The position numbers and the translations under genes were made by a program. Of a DNA stretch of 57,838 bases, positions 18,465 to 27,272 are shown piece after piece. Numbering within the stretch: the first letter of the stretch is position 1; each line of letters opens with the position of its first letter. Origin of the DNA: Bacteroidota bacterium (GTDB taxonomy: Bacteria > Bacteroidota > Ignavibacteria > UBA10030); contig DATJQB010000144.1 of NCBI GenBank assembly GCA_035506075.1, positions 1-57,838 of the forward strand, given 5' to 3'. The notes below the pieces were generated by a model, which was not told where the DNA came from, ran no database searches, and saw nothing but the letters and a program-made list of their open reading frames with translations.

Positions 18465-19406
18465 ATGAGCCAGACACAACATCTTGACGTGATCGTCGCC
18501 GGACTGGCGCTTGCCGATGTCATCGGACGGCCGGTTGAGTTCAACAAACCTCCGAAGCGCGGAGCCCTGAAACTCATTGATTCAATCACGCTGACAACCG
18601 GCGGGAACGTTTCCAACGTCGGCATCGACCTCGCCCGGCTTGGGTTCCGCGTCGGTGCCATCACAAGGGTGGGCAACGATCCGATCGGGCGATTTGTCAT
18701 ACAGCATTACAGGACGTTTGGGATCGATACCGAAGGGGTCATCATCGACGCGAAGGCACAGACATCTGCAACGATCGTCGGTGTGGATAAGAAGGGAGAA
18801 AGGACGTTTCTTCACACGCGCGGGTGCATGAAAAACTTCCGTGCACACGACATCCTGGCCCGCATCCCGCTGATCCGGAAAGCATCGATCCTTGCCGTCG
18901 GCTATCTCGGACTGCTCCCGGAGACCGAGCGGGATTTCAAGCCGCTCTTTCGTGCAATCAAACATGAAACGCAGACAACAATCCTGCTCGACACGGCGGC
19001 ATCGCCGCGCGTCACGGGCAAGGAACTGCGCGGGTTCCTGCCATACGTCGACTATTTCATTCCCAGTTACGAAGAAGCGGCGGGGCTGACAGGCTGCAAA
19101 ACTCCCGAAGCGATTGTCAAAGCGTTCTTCGATGCGGGGGCGCCGCACATCGTCGGAGTGAAGCTGGCCGAAAAGGGATGCTATATCTCTGATGGTCGCC
19201 ATGGCGAATTTGTGAAATCGAAACGTGTCAGGCACGTTGTCGATGCCACCGGGGCGGGCGACGCGTTCGTGGCCGGATTCGTGGCAGCGACGCTGAAAGG
19301 CCTCGATCCGTTCAAGGCTGCCCGCGTCGCAAATTCTGTTGCAGCAAGCTGTGTCTCTGCTGTCGGAGCCTCGACGGCGATCCGTGAGTTTGATTCGTAC
19401 CTGTAA
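18465..19406 (+). CDS. PfkB-family sugar(-acid) kinase (ribokinase/KDG-kinase-like)
   Basis: 313 aa with the C-terminal PfkB signature DATGAGDAFVAGF and an N-terminal VIVAGLALADVIG. Confidence 0.8.
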   Translation: MSQTQHLDVIVAGLALADVIGRPVEFNKPPKRGALKLIDSITLTTGGNVSNVGIDLARLGFRVGAITRVGNDPIGRFVIQHYRTFGIDTEGVIIDAKAQTSATIVGVDKKGERTFLHTRGCMKNFRAHDILARIPLIRKASILAVGYLGLLPETERDFKPLFRAIKHETQTTILLDTAASPRVTGKELRGFLPYVDYFIPSYEEAAGLTGCKTPEAIVKAFFDAGAPHIVGVKLAEKGCYISDGRHGEFVKSKRVRHVVDATGAGDAFVAGFVAATLKGLDPFKAARVANSVAASCVSAVGASTAIREFDSYL

Positions 19407-19413
19407 TCGCGAT

Positions 19414-19433
19414 GCCGGCCCCGCCGGGCCGGT
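19414..19433 (+). other. GC-rich hairpin just after the kinase stop (possible RNA structure or weak terminator)
   Basis: CCGGCCC (19415-19421) pairs with GGGCCGG (19426-19432) around the loop CGCC. No downstream T-tract follows. Confidence 0.2.
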
Positions 19434-19457
19434 GAGTCGGGACTTGACGACGAACAT

Positions 19458-22139
19458 ATGAAGCCAACCTATCACATCGTTTCACACTCGCACTGGGACC
19501 GGGAGTGGTATTTTCCGTTCGACCGCTTTCGTGCGATGCTCGTCGACATGATCGACGACCTTGTCGAGCTGATGGGAAGAAATCCCGAGTTCAAATCGTA
19601 CACGCTCGACGGCCAGCTTGCGGCAATCATGGACTACCTCGAGGTTCGCCCTGAGCGGGCCGACACGATTCGCCGTCTCGTGGAGGAGAAGAAGCTCTTC
19701 ATCGGACCGTGGTATATCCTGAATGATGAATTTCTTTCAAGCGGCGAATCGCACATCAGGAATCTCTCCCTGGGATTTCGACTCGGCAGACAGCTTGGCG
19801 GCGCAATGCCGGTGGGATACATACCGGACCAGTTCGGGCACATCGCGCAAATGCCGCAGATCCTGAAAGGTTTCAATATCGACACCGCCCTTATCTACCG
19901 GGGGTTCGGCGGTGAGCCGGGGCAGGAGCAGTCTGAATACTGGTGGATCAGCCCGGACGGGACGCGGGTGCTTATGCATCACCTGCCGCACGACGGATAC
20001 AGCGCCGGGTATTTTGCCTCGCGGGATGAGCATGTCATTCTCCAGAAATTCACGCGGCTCAAGAACGAGCTCGACGCCCGGGCTACAACATCGCAGCGTC
20101 TCTTTTTCAACGGCGGAGACCACCACTGGCCGGACGAAGAGGTGACCGATGCCATCGGCGTGCTGAGAAAGAGTTTTGACGCCGAATTCCGCCACAGCAA
20201 CTTCCCGGATTTCTTCAGCGCTGTGAGACGAGAGATCGGCGATACCACGGACCTTCCGCAGCTGCACGGAGAGACACGGTTTGGATTCCGCTATGCGTTC
20301 GCCGTGCTCGGCGGTGTGTTCTCAAGTCGTATGTACCTCAAGCAGCTCAACGCCCGGTGCGAAACATTGCTGGAACGGTATCTCGAGCCGCTCAATGCAA
20401 TTGTTTCCCTTGAACGGCAGCGCGACAGGACACCGCAAATTGAACAGGCATGGAAGTACGTCATCCAGAACCAGGACCATGATGCGATTTGCGGCACAAG
20501 CGTCGACGAAGTCCACCGCGAGATGGTTGTCCGCTACGAAAAGGCGCTCCAGATCGGCAAACACGTGACATCAGAATGTTTTGCCGGACTGCTTCCATAC
20601 GACGAGCACGAACATCACGACGACAGGTACCTGTTCGTGTTCAACCTGTCGCCCTTTGAGCGGAGCGACGTCGTGGAAGCGGCTGTGGAGTTCTTCCTCC
20701 AGGATGTCGTTGTCGGCCTCAATCCGGAAGTGAAGGTGGATCCAAAACTCCCGCCTGTCGAGGGTTTCAAGCTGCTCGATTCAAACGGGAGGGAAGCCCC
20801 GTTCCAGATACTTCGGCGCAAAGAGGATTTCGGCGTAACGTATTCGAAGCACGATTATCCTCACCAGACACTTGCTGATCGCTTCGACATTCTTGTCTCG
20901 GCTGAACACCTGCCGACGCTTGGATGGAAAGGGTTCTCGATCATCCGGACGGACGCAATGCCGACGTACAGCTCAACCCTCCGCATTGATCGGCACGTGA
21001 TGGAAAATCAGCTCATCAGGGTCGAGGTCAGCGATACGGGCATCATCACGCTGATTGACAAGACGACCGGAGAAAAATTCGACAAGATCAATTGCTTCGA
21101 AGACTCGGGAGATGTTGGTGACGAGTACAACTATTCCTACCCGGAACGGGACGAATGGATTTTGTCGGAGCAGCGAAAAGCTCGGGTGACAGTCGAGGAA
21201 CGGGGCCCGCTGCGCGTCGCACTGCGGATTGAGCACCGGCTCATGGTGCCCGTGTCGGCCTCCGCGGATGAAAAGTCGCGTACCGGCCAGAAGACTGAAT
21301 TGATAATCTCGTCGGTTCTCTCGATCACGGAGAATTCAAAACGCGTCGATATCCGGACAACCGTTGTAAATACGGCGAAGGACCATAGGCTGAGAAGTCT
21401 GTTCTCAACCGGAATCACAACGAGACAATCGTTCGCCGACACCCCGTTTGCAGTTGTACAACGGACACATCAGACATACGACACCTCGCACTTTGCCATT
21501 GAGCATCCCGCCATGGTGGCTCCGATGCAGCGCTTCGTGACAATCGTCGATGGACGCAAGAGCTTCACGCTGATCGTCAAAGGGCTTCCGGAATACGAGC
21601 TGAAGCTTGATGAGCCGGGCGTCCTTGCGTTGACGCTGCTCCGATGTGTCGCAAAGCTCTCGGGGAGAGATCTTATAACCCGGCCGGGTGGCGCAGCCGG
21701 ATGGTGGAACGAAACACCCGACGCCCAGTGCCTGGGGACGCACACGTTCGACTATGCAATAGTACCCGGTTCCCCGGGCGATGTTTCGGATTGGTCCGGC
21801 GTCTTAAGAGAAGTTGAACTGTTTACAGTTCCGCCCGCGACGGTCAATCGCAAGAATCAACAACAAGAGCTCGATCGAAGCTTCCTCTCACTCTCGCCGG
21901 ATTCGCTCACACTTTCTGCCCTGAAAACCTCCGAGGACCGGAAAGGGATCGTTCTTCGTCTCAGCAATCCGGTCGACAGGACTGTGCGGGGATCGCTGCA
22001 TTGTGCCCGACCGATCAAGGAAGCGTTCCGGGCGAAGATGAACGAAGAGCTCATTGAACCGTTACAAATTGATCACGGCCACGATCTCCACGTTGCCGTC
22101 AAACCATACGAGGTGTTGACGGTGATTGTGAGGATATGA
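19458..22139 (+). CDS. GH38 alpha-mannosidase / mannosylglycerate-hydrolase-like, cytoplasmic
   Basis: The N-terminus YHIVSHSHWDREWYFPF is the GH38 signature. The protein is 893 aa with no signal peptide. Confidence 0.85.
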   Translation: MKPTYHIVSHSHWDREWYFPFDRFRAMLVDMIDDLVELMGRNPEFKSYTLDGQLAAIMDYLEVRPERADTIRRLVEEKKLFIGPWYILNDEFLSSGESHIRNLSLGFRLGRQLGGAMPVGYIPDQFGHIAQMPQILKGFNIDTALIYRGFGGEPGQEQSEYWWISPDGTRVLMHHLPHDGYSAGYFASRDEHVILQKFTRLKNELDARATTSQRLFFNGGDHHWPDEEVTDAIGVLRKSFDAEFRHSNFPDFFSAVRREIGDTTDLPQLHGETRFGFRYAFAVLGGVFSSRMYLKQLNARCETLLERYLEPLNAIVSLERQRDRTPQIEQAWKYVIQNQDHDAICGTSVDEVHREMVVRYEKALQIGKHVTSECFAGLLPYDEHEHHDDRYLFVFNLSPFERSDVVEAAVEFFLQDVVVGLNPEVKVDPKLPPVEGFKLLDSNGREAPFQILRRKEDFGVTYSKHDYPHQTLADRFDILVSAEHLPTLGWKGFSIIRTDAMPTYSSTLRIDRHVMENQLIRVEVSDTGIITLIDKTTGEKFDKINCFEDSGDVGDEYNYSYPERDEWILSEQRKARVTVEERGPLRVALRIEHRLMVPVSASADEKSRTGQKTELIISSVLSITENSKRVDIRTTVVNTAKDHRLRSLFSTGITTRQSFADTPFAVVQRTHQTYDTSHFAIEHPAMVAPMQRFVTIVDGRKSFTLIVKGLPEYELKLDEPGVLALTLLRCVAKLSGRDLITRPGGAAGWWNETPDAQCLGTHTFDYAIVPGSPGDVSDWSGVLREVELFTVPPATVNRKNQQQELDRSFLSLSPDSLTLSALKTSEDRKGIVLRLSNPVDRTVRGSLHCARPIKEAFRAKMNEELIEPLQIDHGHDLHVAVKPYEVLTVIVRI

Positions 22140-22200
22140 GCGTTGCATTAGATGCTCTCTGCTGCCGGTTTTTCCATACGCTACGAAAGGTGACTCAGCT

Positions 22201-23025
22201 ATGTCAACACTACCAGGTAATCAGCTTCGAACAAACAGGATTCTCAATCCATCTTCCGGCAACGGGATTGTCGTCGCCATCGACCATGGCCTTTTCATCG
22301 GGCCGCTCCCGGGAATCGAGGATTCCGGCAAGGCTGTCGACATGCTCCTCCCCGGCCATCCGGATGCAATCCAGATGACGCCGGGCACCACGCGGGCCAA
22401 TCTCCCCAAGTTCTACGGGAAGAACAAGCCGGGTGTCATTGTGCGATTGGACGCCACAAATATCTGGCGAAAGAAACCGGCGCCAAAAGAAGGGTACTAC
22501 ACGCACGTCGCGACCGTGAAGGATGCCATTCAGCTCGGCGCGGACGCGGTTGTTACGTTTCTCTTTGCCGGCTATGACACCGACGCGCAGGAAGCGGACA
22601 ATCTCCAGACACTTGCGCGGATTGCAGCGGAAAGCCGGGAATACGGCATCCCGTTCATCGTTGAACCGCTCGCCATCCAGAAGGGTGCAAATGTTGTGCG
22701 GGATTTCGAAATCATGAAGCTCATCATCCGCATGGCGTCGGAAATCGGAGCCGACCTGATCAAAGCAGACTTCCCGGAATCGAAGAAACAGTTCCAGGAG
22801 CTGATCGGCGTTTCGTCCGTTCCGATCCTCGTCCGCGGCGGTCCGAAAATGGATTCAGACCGCGAGATGCTGCAAATGGTCAAAGATGCAATTGACTGCG
22901 GTGCGAAGGGAATTGTGTTCGGACGCAACGTCTGGCAGCACAAGGAGCCTGCAAAGATCCTCCGCGCTCTGGCTGCCATCGTCCACGAGGGGCAGGGTGT
23001 CTCAAAGGCGCTGAAAGCACTCTGA
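22201..23025 (+). CDS. Class I aldolase of the DhnA/FbaB/LsrF (DeoC/LacD-like) family
   Basis: 274 aa with the motifs VVAIDHG, DLIKADFP (Schiff-base Lys context), VRGGPK and GRNVWQ. Confidence 0.75.
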   Translation: MSTLPGNQLRTNRILNPSSGNGIVVAIDHGLFIGPLPGIEDSGKAVDMLLPGHPDAIQMTPGTTRANLPKFYGKNKPGVIVRLDATNIWRKKPAPKEGYYTHVATVKDAIQLGADAVVTFLFAGYDTDAQEADNLQTLARIAAESREYGIPFIVEPLAIQKGANVVRDFEIMKLIIRMASEIGADLIKADFPESKKQFQELIGVSSVPILVRGGPKMDSDREMLQMVKDAIDCGAKGIVFGRNVWQHKEPAKILRALAAIVHEGQGVSKALKAL

Positions 23026-23094
23026 ACTGCCACAGGAAGAACAAGGATGTCAATCGATCAGGCTCTGGTACCGGTGCACGAAAGGGGGCGGCAA

Positions 23095-24219
23095 ATGCAG
23101 AAAGAAATCAACGTCGGACTGATAGGCTTCGGGCAAATGGGGCGGATTCATTCCTACGCGTATCGCTCGATCCCGCTGTACTATGACGGCAGCCCGTGCA
23201 GGATCAATCTCAAATGTGTCTGCGACACCAACGAGTCGCTTGCGCGGAAAGGAGTGGATCAGGCGGGGTTCGAGTCATATACCACGGATTACAAGGAGCT
23301 CCTTGGCCGTAAGGATATCGATGTTGTCAACATCTGTACGCCGAACAAGCTGCACAAGGATGCAGTGATCGCAGCACTGAAGGCGGGCAAGCATGTGTAC
23401 TGCGAGAAGCCGCTTGCGTTCAACGAGGCGGAAGCGAAGGAGATTGTCGCTGTTGCCGACCAGACCGGGGTGAAGCATCAGATCACGGCGGAATACCGGT
23501 TCATTCCTGCGATCATGAAAGCCAAGGAACTCATCAACGCCGACTTTGTCGGGCGCGTGTTTCATTTCCGCGGCCTGTACCTGCATTCGGGTTACATCGA
23601 TCCAAAGCGGCCGCGCGAGTGGCGGCTTGTGAAAGAAATGATCGGCGGCGGCGTGCTTGTCGATCTCGGTCCCCATATACTCGACCTCATGCTTCATCTC
23701 GTCGGCGATGTTGAGATGGTTTCTGCGACGATGGAGACGTTTTTCAAGGAGCGCCCGCTTCCGGACAATCCGAAGAAAACCGGGAAGGTAGACGTTGAGG
23801 ACGCCATCACGGCTGTCCTGCGCTTCAAGAACGGCGGCATCGGCATCGCCGAGATGTCGCGTGTTGCGACCGGTGCGGAGGACGAACTGCGGTTTGAAAT
23901 CAATGGAGCGACCGGTGCACTAAAATTCAACCTGATGAATCCAAACGAGCTCCTTGCCTACAACGCGAATGAACCCAAGGGAATCCAGGGATTCAAATCC
24001 ATCAGCACGGTGCAGAAGTATGCCGCACCCGCCGTGATGCCCGCGCCGAAGTTTACCATGGGCTGGGTACGGACGCACGTGGCGGCCCAATACAGCTTCC
24101 TGGATTGCGTCGTCAACAACCGTGTTCCTTCACCGAATTTTCACGATGCGCTCAAGATTCACCATCTCATGGAGGCAATCTACAAGGCGGTGGAAGCAAA
24201 ACAGTGGGTGAAAGTATAA
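23095..24219 (+). CDS. Gfo/Idh/MocA family oxidoreductase
   Basis: ATG 23095 is preceded by AAGGGGG (the track start is 23047). Motifs are VGLIGFGQMGRIH (Rossmann) and YCEKPLA. Confidence 0.85.
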   Translation: MQKEINVGLIGFGQMGRIHSYAYRSIPLYYDGSPCRINLKCVCDTNESLARKGVDQAGFESYTTDYKELLGRKDIDVVNICTPNKLHKDAVIAALKAGKHVYCEKPLAFNEAEAKEIVAVADQTGVKHQITAEYRFIPAIMKAKELINADFVGRVFHFRGLYLHSGYIDPKRPREWRLVKEMIGGGVLVDLGPHILDLMLHLVGDVEMVSATMETFFKERPLPDNPKKTGKVDVEDAITAVLRFKNGGIGIAEMSRVATGAEDELRFEINGATGALKFNLMNPNELLAYNANEPKGIQGFKSISTVQKYAAPAVMPAPKFTMGWVRTHVAAQYSFLDCVVNNRVPSPNFHDALKIHHLMEAIYKAVEAKQWVKV

Positions 24220-24236
24220 GATCTTCTCGAACGATC

Positions 24237-25973
24237 ATGAACCGTCTGTTCATGGCAATGCTTGTTGCGCTGGCGCTCTCTTGCGCAGCGCTTGCGCACG
24301 GGCTTCCGGGCATTGCGGCGTATCAACACAAGCCGGAAGCATATGCTGAGTTCGTGGGTAAGTATAAAAGAGGCGGGACGGATATCCTGTACTTCAACAT
24401 CCGCGAGGGGAAGCTCACGGCCCGTCCGGCATTCTGGCACTCGATACAACCCGTCGAAGTCAACAAAGACTCATTCGTCGTTGCAGATCGCCGAGAGCGT
24501 GGCGGATCATTCGTCCGGAATTCCCACGGCGACGTCATCGCTGTGTGGCTTGTCGGGCTCAGCGATTCCCCTCTTAGGTACGAGAAGGTTGCTCCATCGG
24601 AAAAACTTTCGCTTGAACTGTTGTTTGCCGGAAAAGGGAGTGAAGCGTACAGGGCACTTTCAAAAGAGTGCAGCTACAATGAACTCCTTGCCGCCGGCAC
24701 AATGTTCTTTGAACATTTTCCAACCAGGGCGTCTGTCGCCGCGGCGTACCTTCAGGAAATGACGAAGCAGTTCGGCGATTCATCGGATGTGCATATGCTT
24801 CTGGGGCGGGCATACATTGGCGCTCACATGCGGCCGCAGGGGCTGAAGAGTTTTCGAAAAGCAGTGGCACTGAATCCCGGAAACCAGGAAGCGGTTGATT
24901 ACCTGCGCCGTCTCCGTGCAGTCCCGATTCCAGCTGAAGTTGCAGCGTCAGAATGGAAGGTTCCGTTTTCGCTGAAGGAGCTCTTGAAGCCTCCAACGGC
25001 GTCAGAAATCAGCACGGTTCGACAGATCTGGGCAAAACGGGATTTGTCGCCCGTCGAGCCAAGGGAAGTTACCAGTGCGACAGTTCGTTTTGGCAGCATC
25101 GATGCGGTCGTCCGGATTATATCGCATCGCGTGCACGGTTCCTTGCACTACGGCGCCATTCTTGTCCCCGTAAATGCCCCGAAGGGGTCTTGCGCTGTTC
25201 TTGTCGAGGCCAAAGGTGTGTCATGGGACTATTTCCCGCTTGCTGTGCCTTCGGGACTCAACAGCCCGGGAATCCTTGGTTCCGATCTGTCGCACTGCGT
25301 CATCGTCGCTCCCTCCTTCCGCGGGGAGAAGATTATCTTCAACGGACAGGAATTTCAGTCGGAAGGGGACAGGACGGACAATTGGGACGGTGCAACCGAC
25401 GATGCGCTTGCGTTGCTGAACGTTGCTCTTCAAACCACACCCGGAGCTGATTCGACGAGGATCCTGGCATTTGGCAGAAGCCGGGGAGGAAGCGTTGCCA
25501 TGCTTGCCGCAGAACGCGACAGGCGCATCAAAGGTGTTGTGGAATGGGCGGGACCGACCGACTGGTTTGAACACATGTCCGAAGAAGGATGGACACAGCA
25601 GGAACTTGTTGAAGAAGGACTGAGAATTCACGCGAAGCCGAACGAAACAGCCGGACAATTCATCGAACGATTCCTACTGAAAGCAATCGACGGAACGCAG
25701 AGTCTGGAAGAGACCAGGCTCAGGATGATTGCCGCTTCGCCGTTGTATTTCGCCTCGTCGCTTCCGGATCTGCAGATCCATCACGGTGTCGAGGACTACA
25801 ACGTGCCGATCGCGAACGCCCGCGCACTCGCCGATAGCTTGAAAAAGACGGGCCGATCAGGGGCCGCTCTTGAAGCTTTCTTCTATGAAGGATTCGGCCA
25901 CGATACGGACGTTCAGGTTGCGACGAAGCGTTCACACAAATTTCTGCACGCGAAGATGGGGTCCAAGCGGTAG
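24237..25973 (+). CDS. Secreted multidomain alpha/beta-hydrolase (S9/dienelactone-hydrolase-like), with an N-terminal lipocalin-like domain and a TPR-like segment
   Basis: ATG 24237 gives the signal MNRLFMAMLVALALSCAALAHG (the track ORF starts at 24105). The nucleophile elbow is FGRSRGGSVA, and the C-terminal HHGVEDYNVP is a His context. The N-terminal FVGKYKRGGTDILYFNIREGKLTARP resembles DUF3471-type domains. Confidence 0.65.
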   Translation: MNRLFMAMLVALALSCAALAHGLPGIAAYQHKPEAYAEFVGKYKRGGTDILYFNIREGKLTARPAFWHSIQPVEVNKDSFVVADRRERGGSFVRNSHGDVIAVWLVGLSDSPLRYEKVAPSEKLSLELLFAGKGSEAYRALSKECSYNELLAAGTMFFEHFPTRASVAAAYLQEMTKQFGDSSDVHMLLGRAYIGAHMRPQGLKSFRKAVALNPGNQEAVDYLRRLRAVPIPAEVAASEWKVPFSLKELLKPPTASEISTVRQIWAKRDLSPVEPREVTSATVRFGSIDAVVRIISHRVHGSLHYGAILVPVNAPKGSCAVLVEAKGVSWDYFPLAVPSGLNSPGILGSDLSHCVIVAPSFRGEKIIFNGQEFQSEGDRTDNWDGATDDALALLNVALQTTPGADSTRILAFGRSRGGSVAMLAAERDRRIKGVVEWAGPTDWFEHMSEEGWTQQELVEEGLRIHAKPNETAGQFIERFLLKAIDGTQSLEETRLRMIAASPLYFASSLPDLQIHHGVEDYNVPIANARALADSLKKTGRSGAALEAFFYEGFGHDTDVQVATKRSHKFLHAKMGSKR

Positions 25974-25991
25974 CATCGTCATCACGACACG

Positions 25992-27227
25992 ATGGAGGAA
26001 GGGCAAGACGATATGGCAGGTACGTTGACCGTTCAGCAAAATCTTGAACTGCTCGGGCGCTATCGGTACGTCGAAATGCAGTTCATGGAATTAATGGGCA
26101 GCTGGGCCTATTCGATGATTGACCCCGAAATCAAGATCGGGTTCGGCCGGCACATGTTTCAGGATTCGGTCCACGCCGATTTGATCGGCAAACGGATCCC
26201 CGAGCTGAAAGGGCGTTCGCAGCACTTCCATTCCATCGCGCCGAGCGATGAGTACGTCAGGATCCTGGAAAGGATCTGGAAGGAATCCGATCAGCTCCTG
26301 CGCATGATCGGTTTGTACCGCGTTCTGAAACCAGGGCTCGTCGCGGTCTATCGCCGTCACCTCGATCACCTTGAGCTTCCTGCCGACGAGCCGACAGGGT
26401 ACATTCTCCGGCTGATCGCCGACGAGGAACAGGACCACATCGAGTGGGCTGAGAAGATCATTGAGCGCTTGATGAACGGCGCAAAGAACAAAATCGAAAT
26501 CGCAGCATGGGAACAAGGGCTCGTCCGTGAGCTGCATGAGGCGGGCGGCGTATGGGGAGAAGGGAAAAAAGCGGGAGCGTACACCTTCAGGAAATCTCAT
26601 CCGTACAGCAAGCTCCCCGTGCGGGACAGTCGGTGGAATGTTGTTGAGAACCCGGAGGAGTTCAAAGAAAAAGACTGGTCGTTCGATACAAACGACGGCA
26701 AGCTTCATCTACTTCACGATCTTCTCAACAGCGAGTTTATTACGGTCGAACGAATGGGACTCATCCTTGCAGACTTTCCGGAGATCCCGTGGCAGATGAA
26801 GCTCGACATGGCGCGGCAGGCGTGGGATGAGGCGAGGCATGCAGAAATTGTCCAACGGAGGCTCGAGGAGCTCGGCGGTCACGTCGGCATGTTTCCGACG
26901 AGTTGTTTCGGATGGGAACAGGATGTCAACCGCCCCGATCCGCTCGAGCGGCTTGCATTGTCGAACATGACATTTGAAAGCGAAAGCTGCAAGCATTTGA
27001 GGGACTGGATCGTCAAGGCGAAGCGGACGGGCGATGTCCGATCGCAGCAGCTTGTTGAGTTTCTCCTCGCAGACGAAGTCAATCACGTGCTGTACGGCGT
27101 TCACTGGATCGATGAGTTGACGAAAGACGATCCCGAACGGCGGAAACGCGTGATGGCATATCCCGATCAGGTGCTTTCGACACAACATCCCGTCGGAGTG
27201 TATTTCAACGAAACGAAAAACGCCTGA
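25992..27227 (+). CDS. Double ferritin-like (DUF455-type, putative di-iron) protein
   Basis: Carboxylate/His motifs occur in both halves: ..QDSVHADL.., ADEEQDHIEW, then AWDEARHAEI and LADEVNHVLYG (ExxH). Confidence 0.55.
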   Translation: MEEGQDDMAGTLTVQQNLELLGRYRYVEMQFMELMGSWAYSMIDPEIKIGFGRHMFQDSVHADLIGKRIPELKGRSQHFHSIAPSDEYVRILERIWKESDQLLRMIGLYRVLKPGLVAVYRRHLDHLELPADEPTGYILRLIADEEQDHIEWAEKIIERLMNGAKNKIEIAAWEQGLVRELHEAGGVWGEGKKAGAYTFRKSHPYSKLPVRDSRWNVVENPEEFKEKDWSFDTNDGKLHLLHDLLNSEFITVERMGLILADFPEIPWQMKLDMARQAWDEARHAEIVQRRLEELGGHVGMFPTSCFGWEQDVNRPDPLERLALSNMTFESESCKHLRDWIVKAKRTGDVRSQQLVEFLLADEVNHVLYGVHWIDELTKDDPERRKRVMAYPDQVLSTQHPVGVYFNETKNA

Positions 27228-27272
27228 CCCGTTCGCGGGTTGGGGAACCGAGACATCGGCAAGGAAACGACA

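Noticed and set aside
22140-22200. A T-run (CCGGTTTTTCC) after the GH38 stop could be an intrinsic terminator.
   Set aside because: No complementary stem precedes the T-run.
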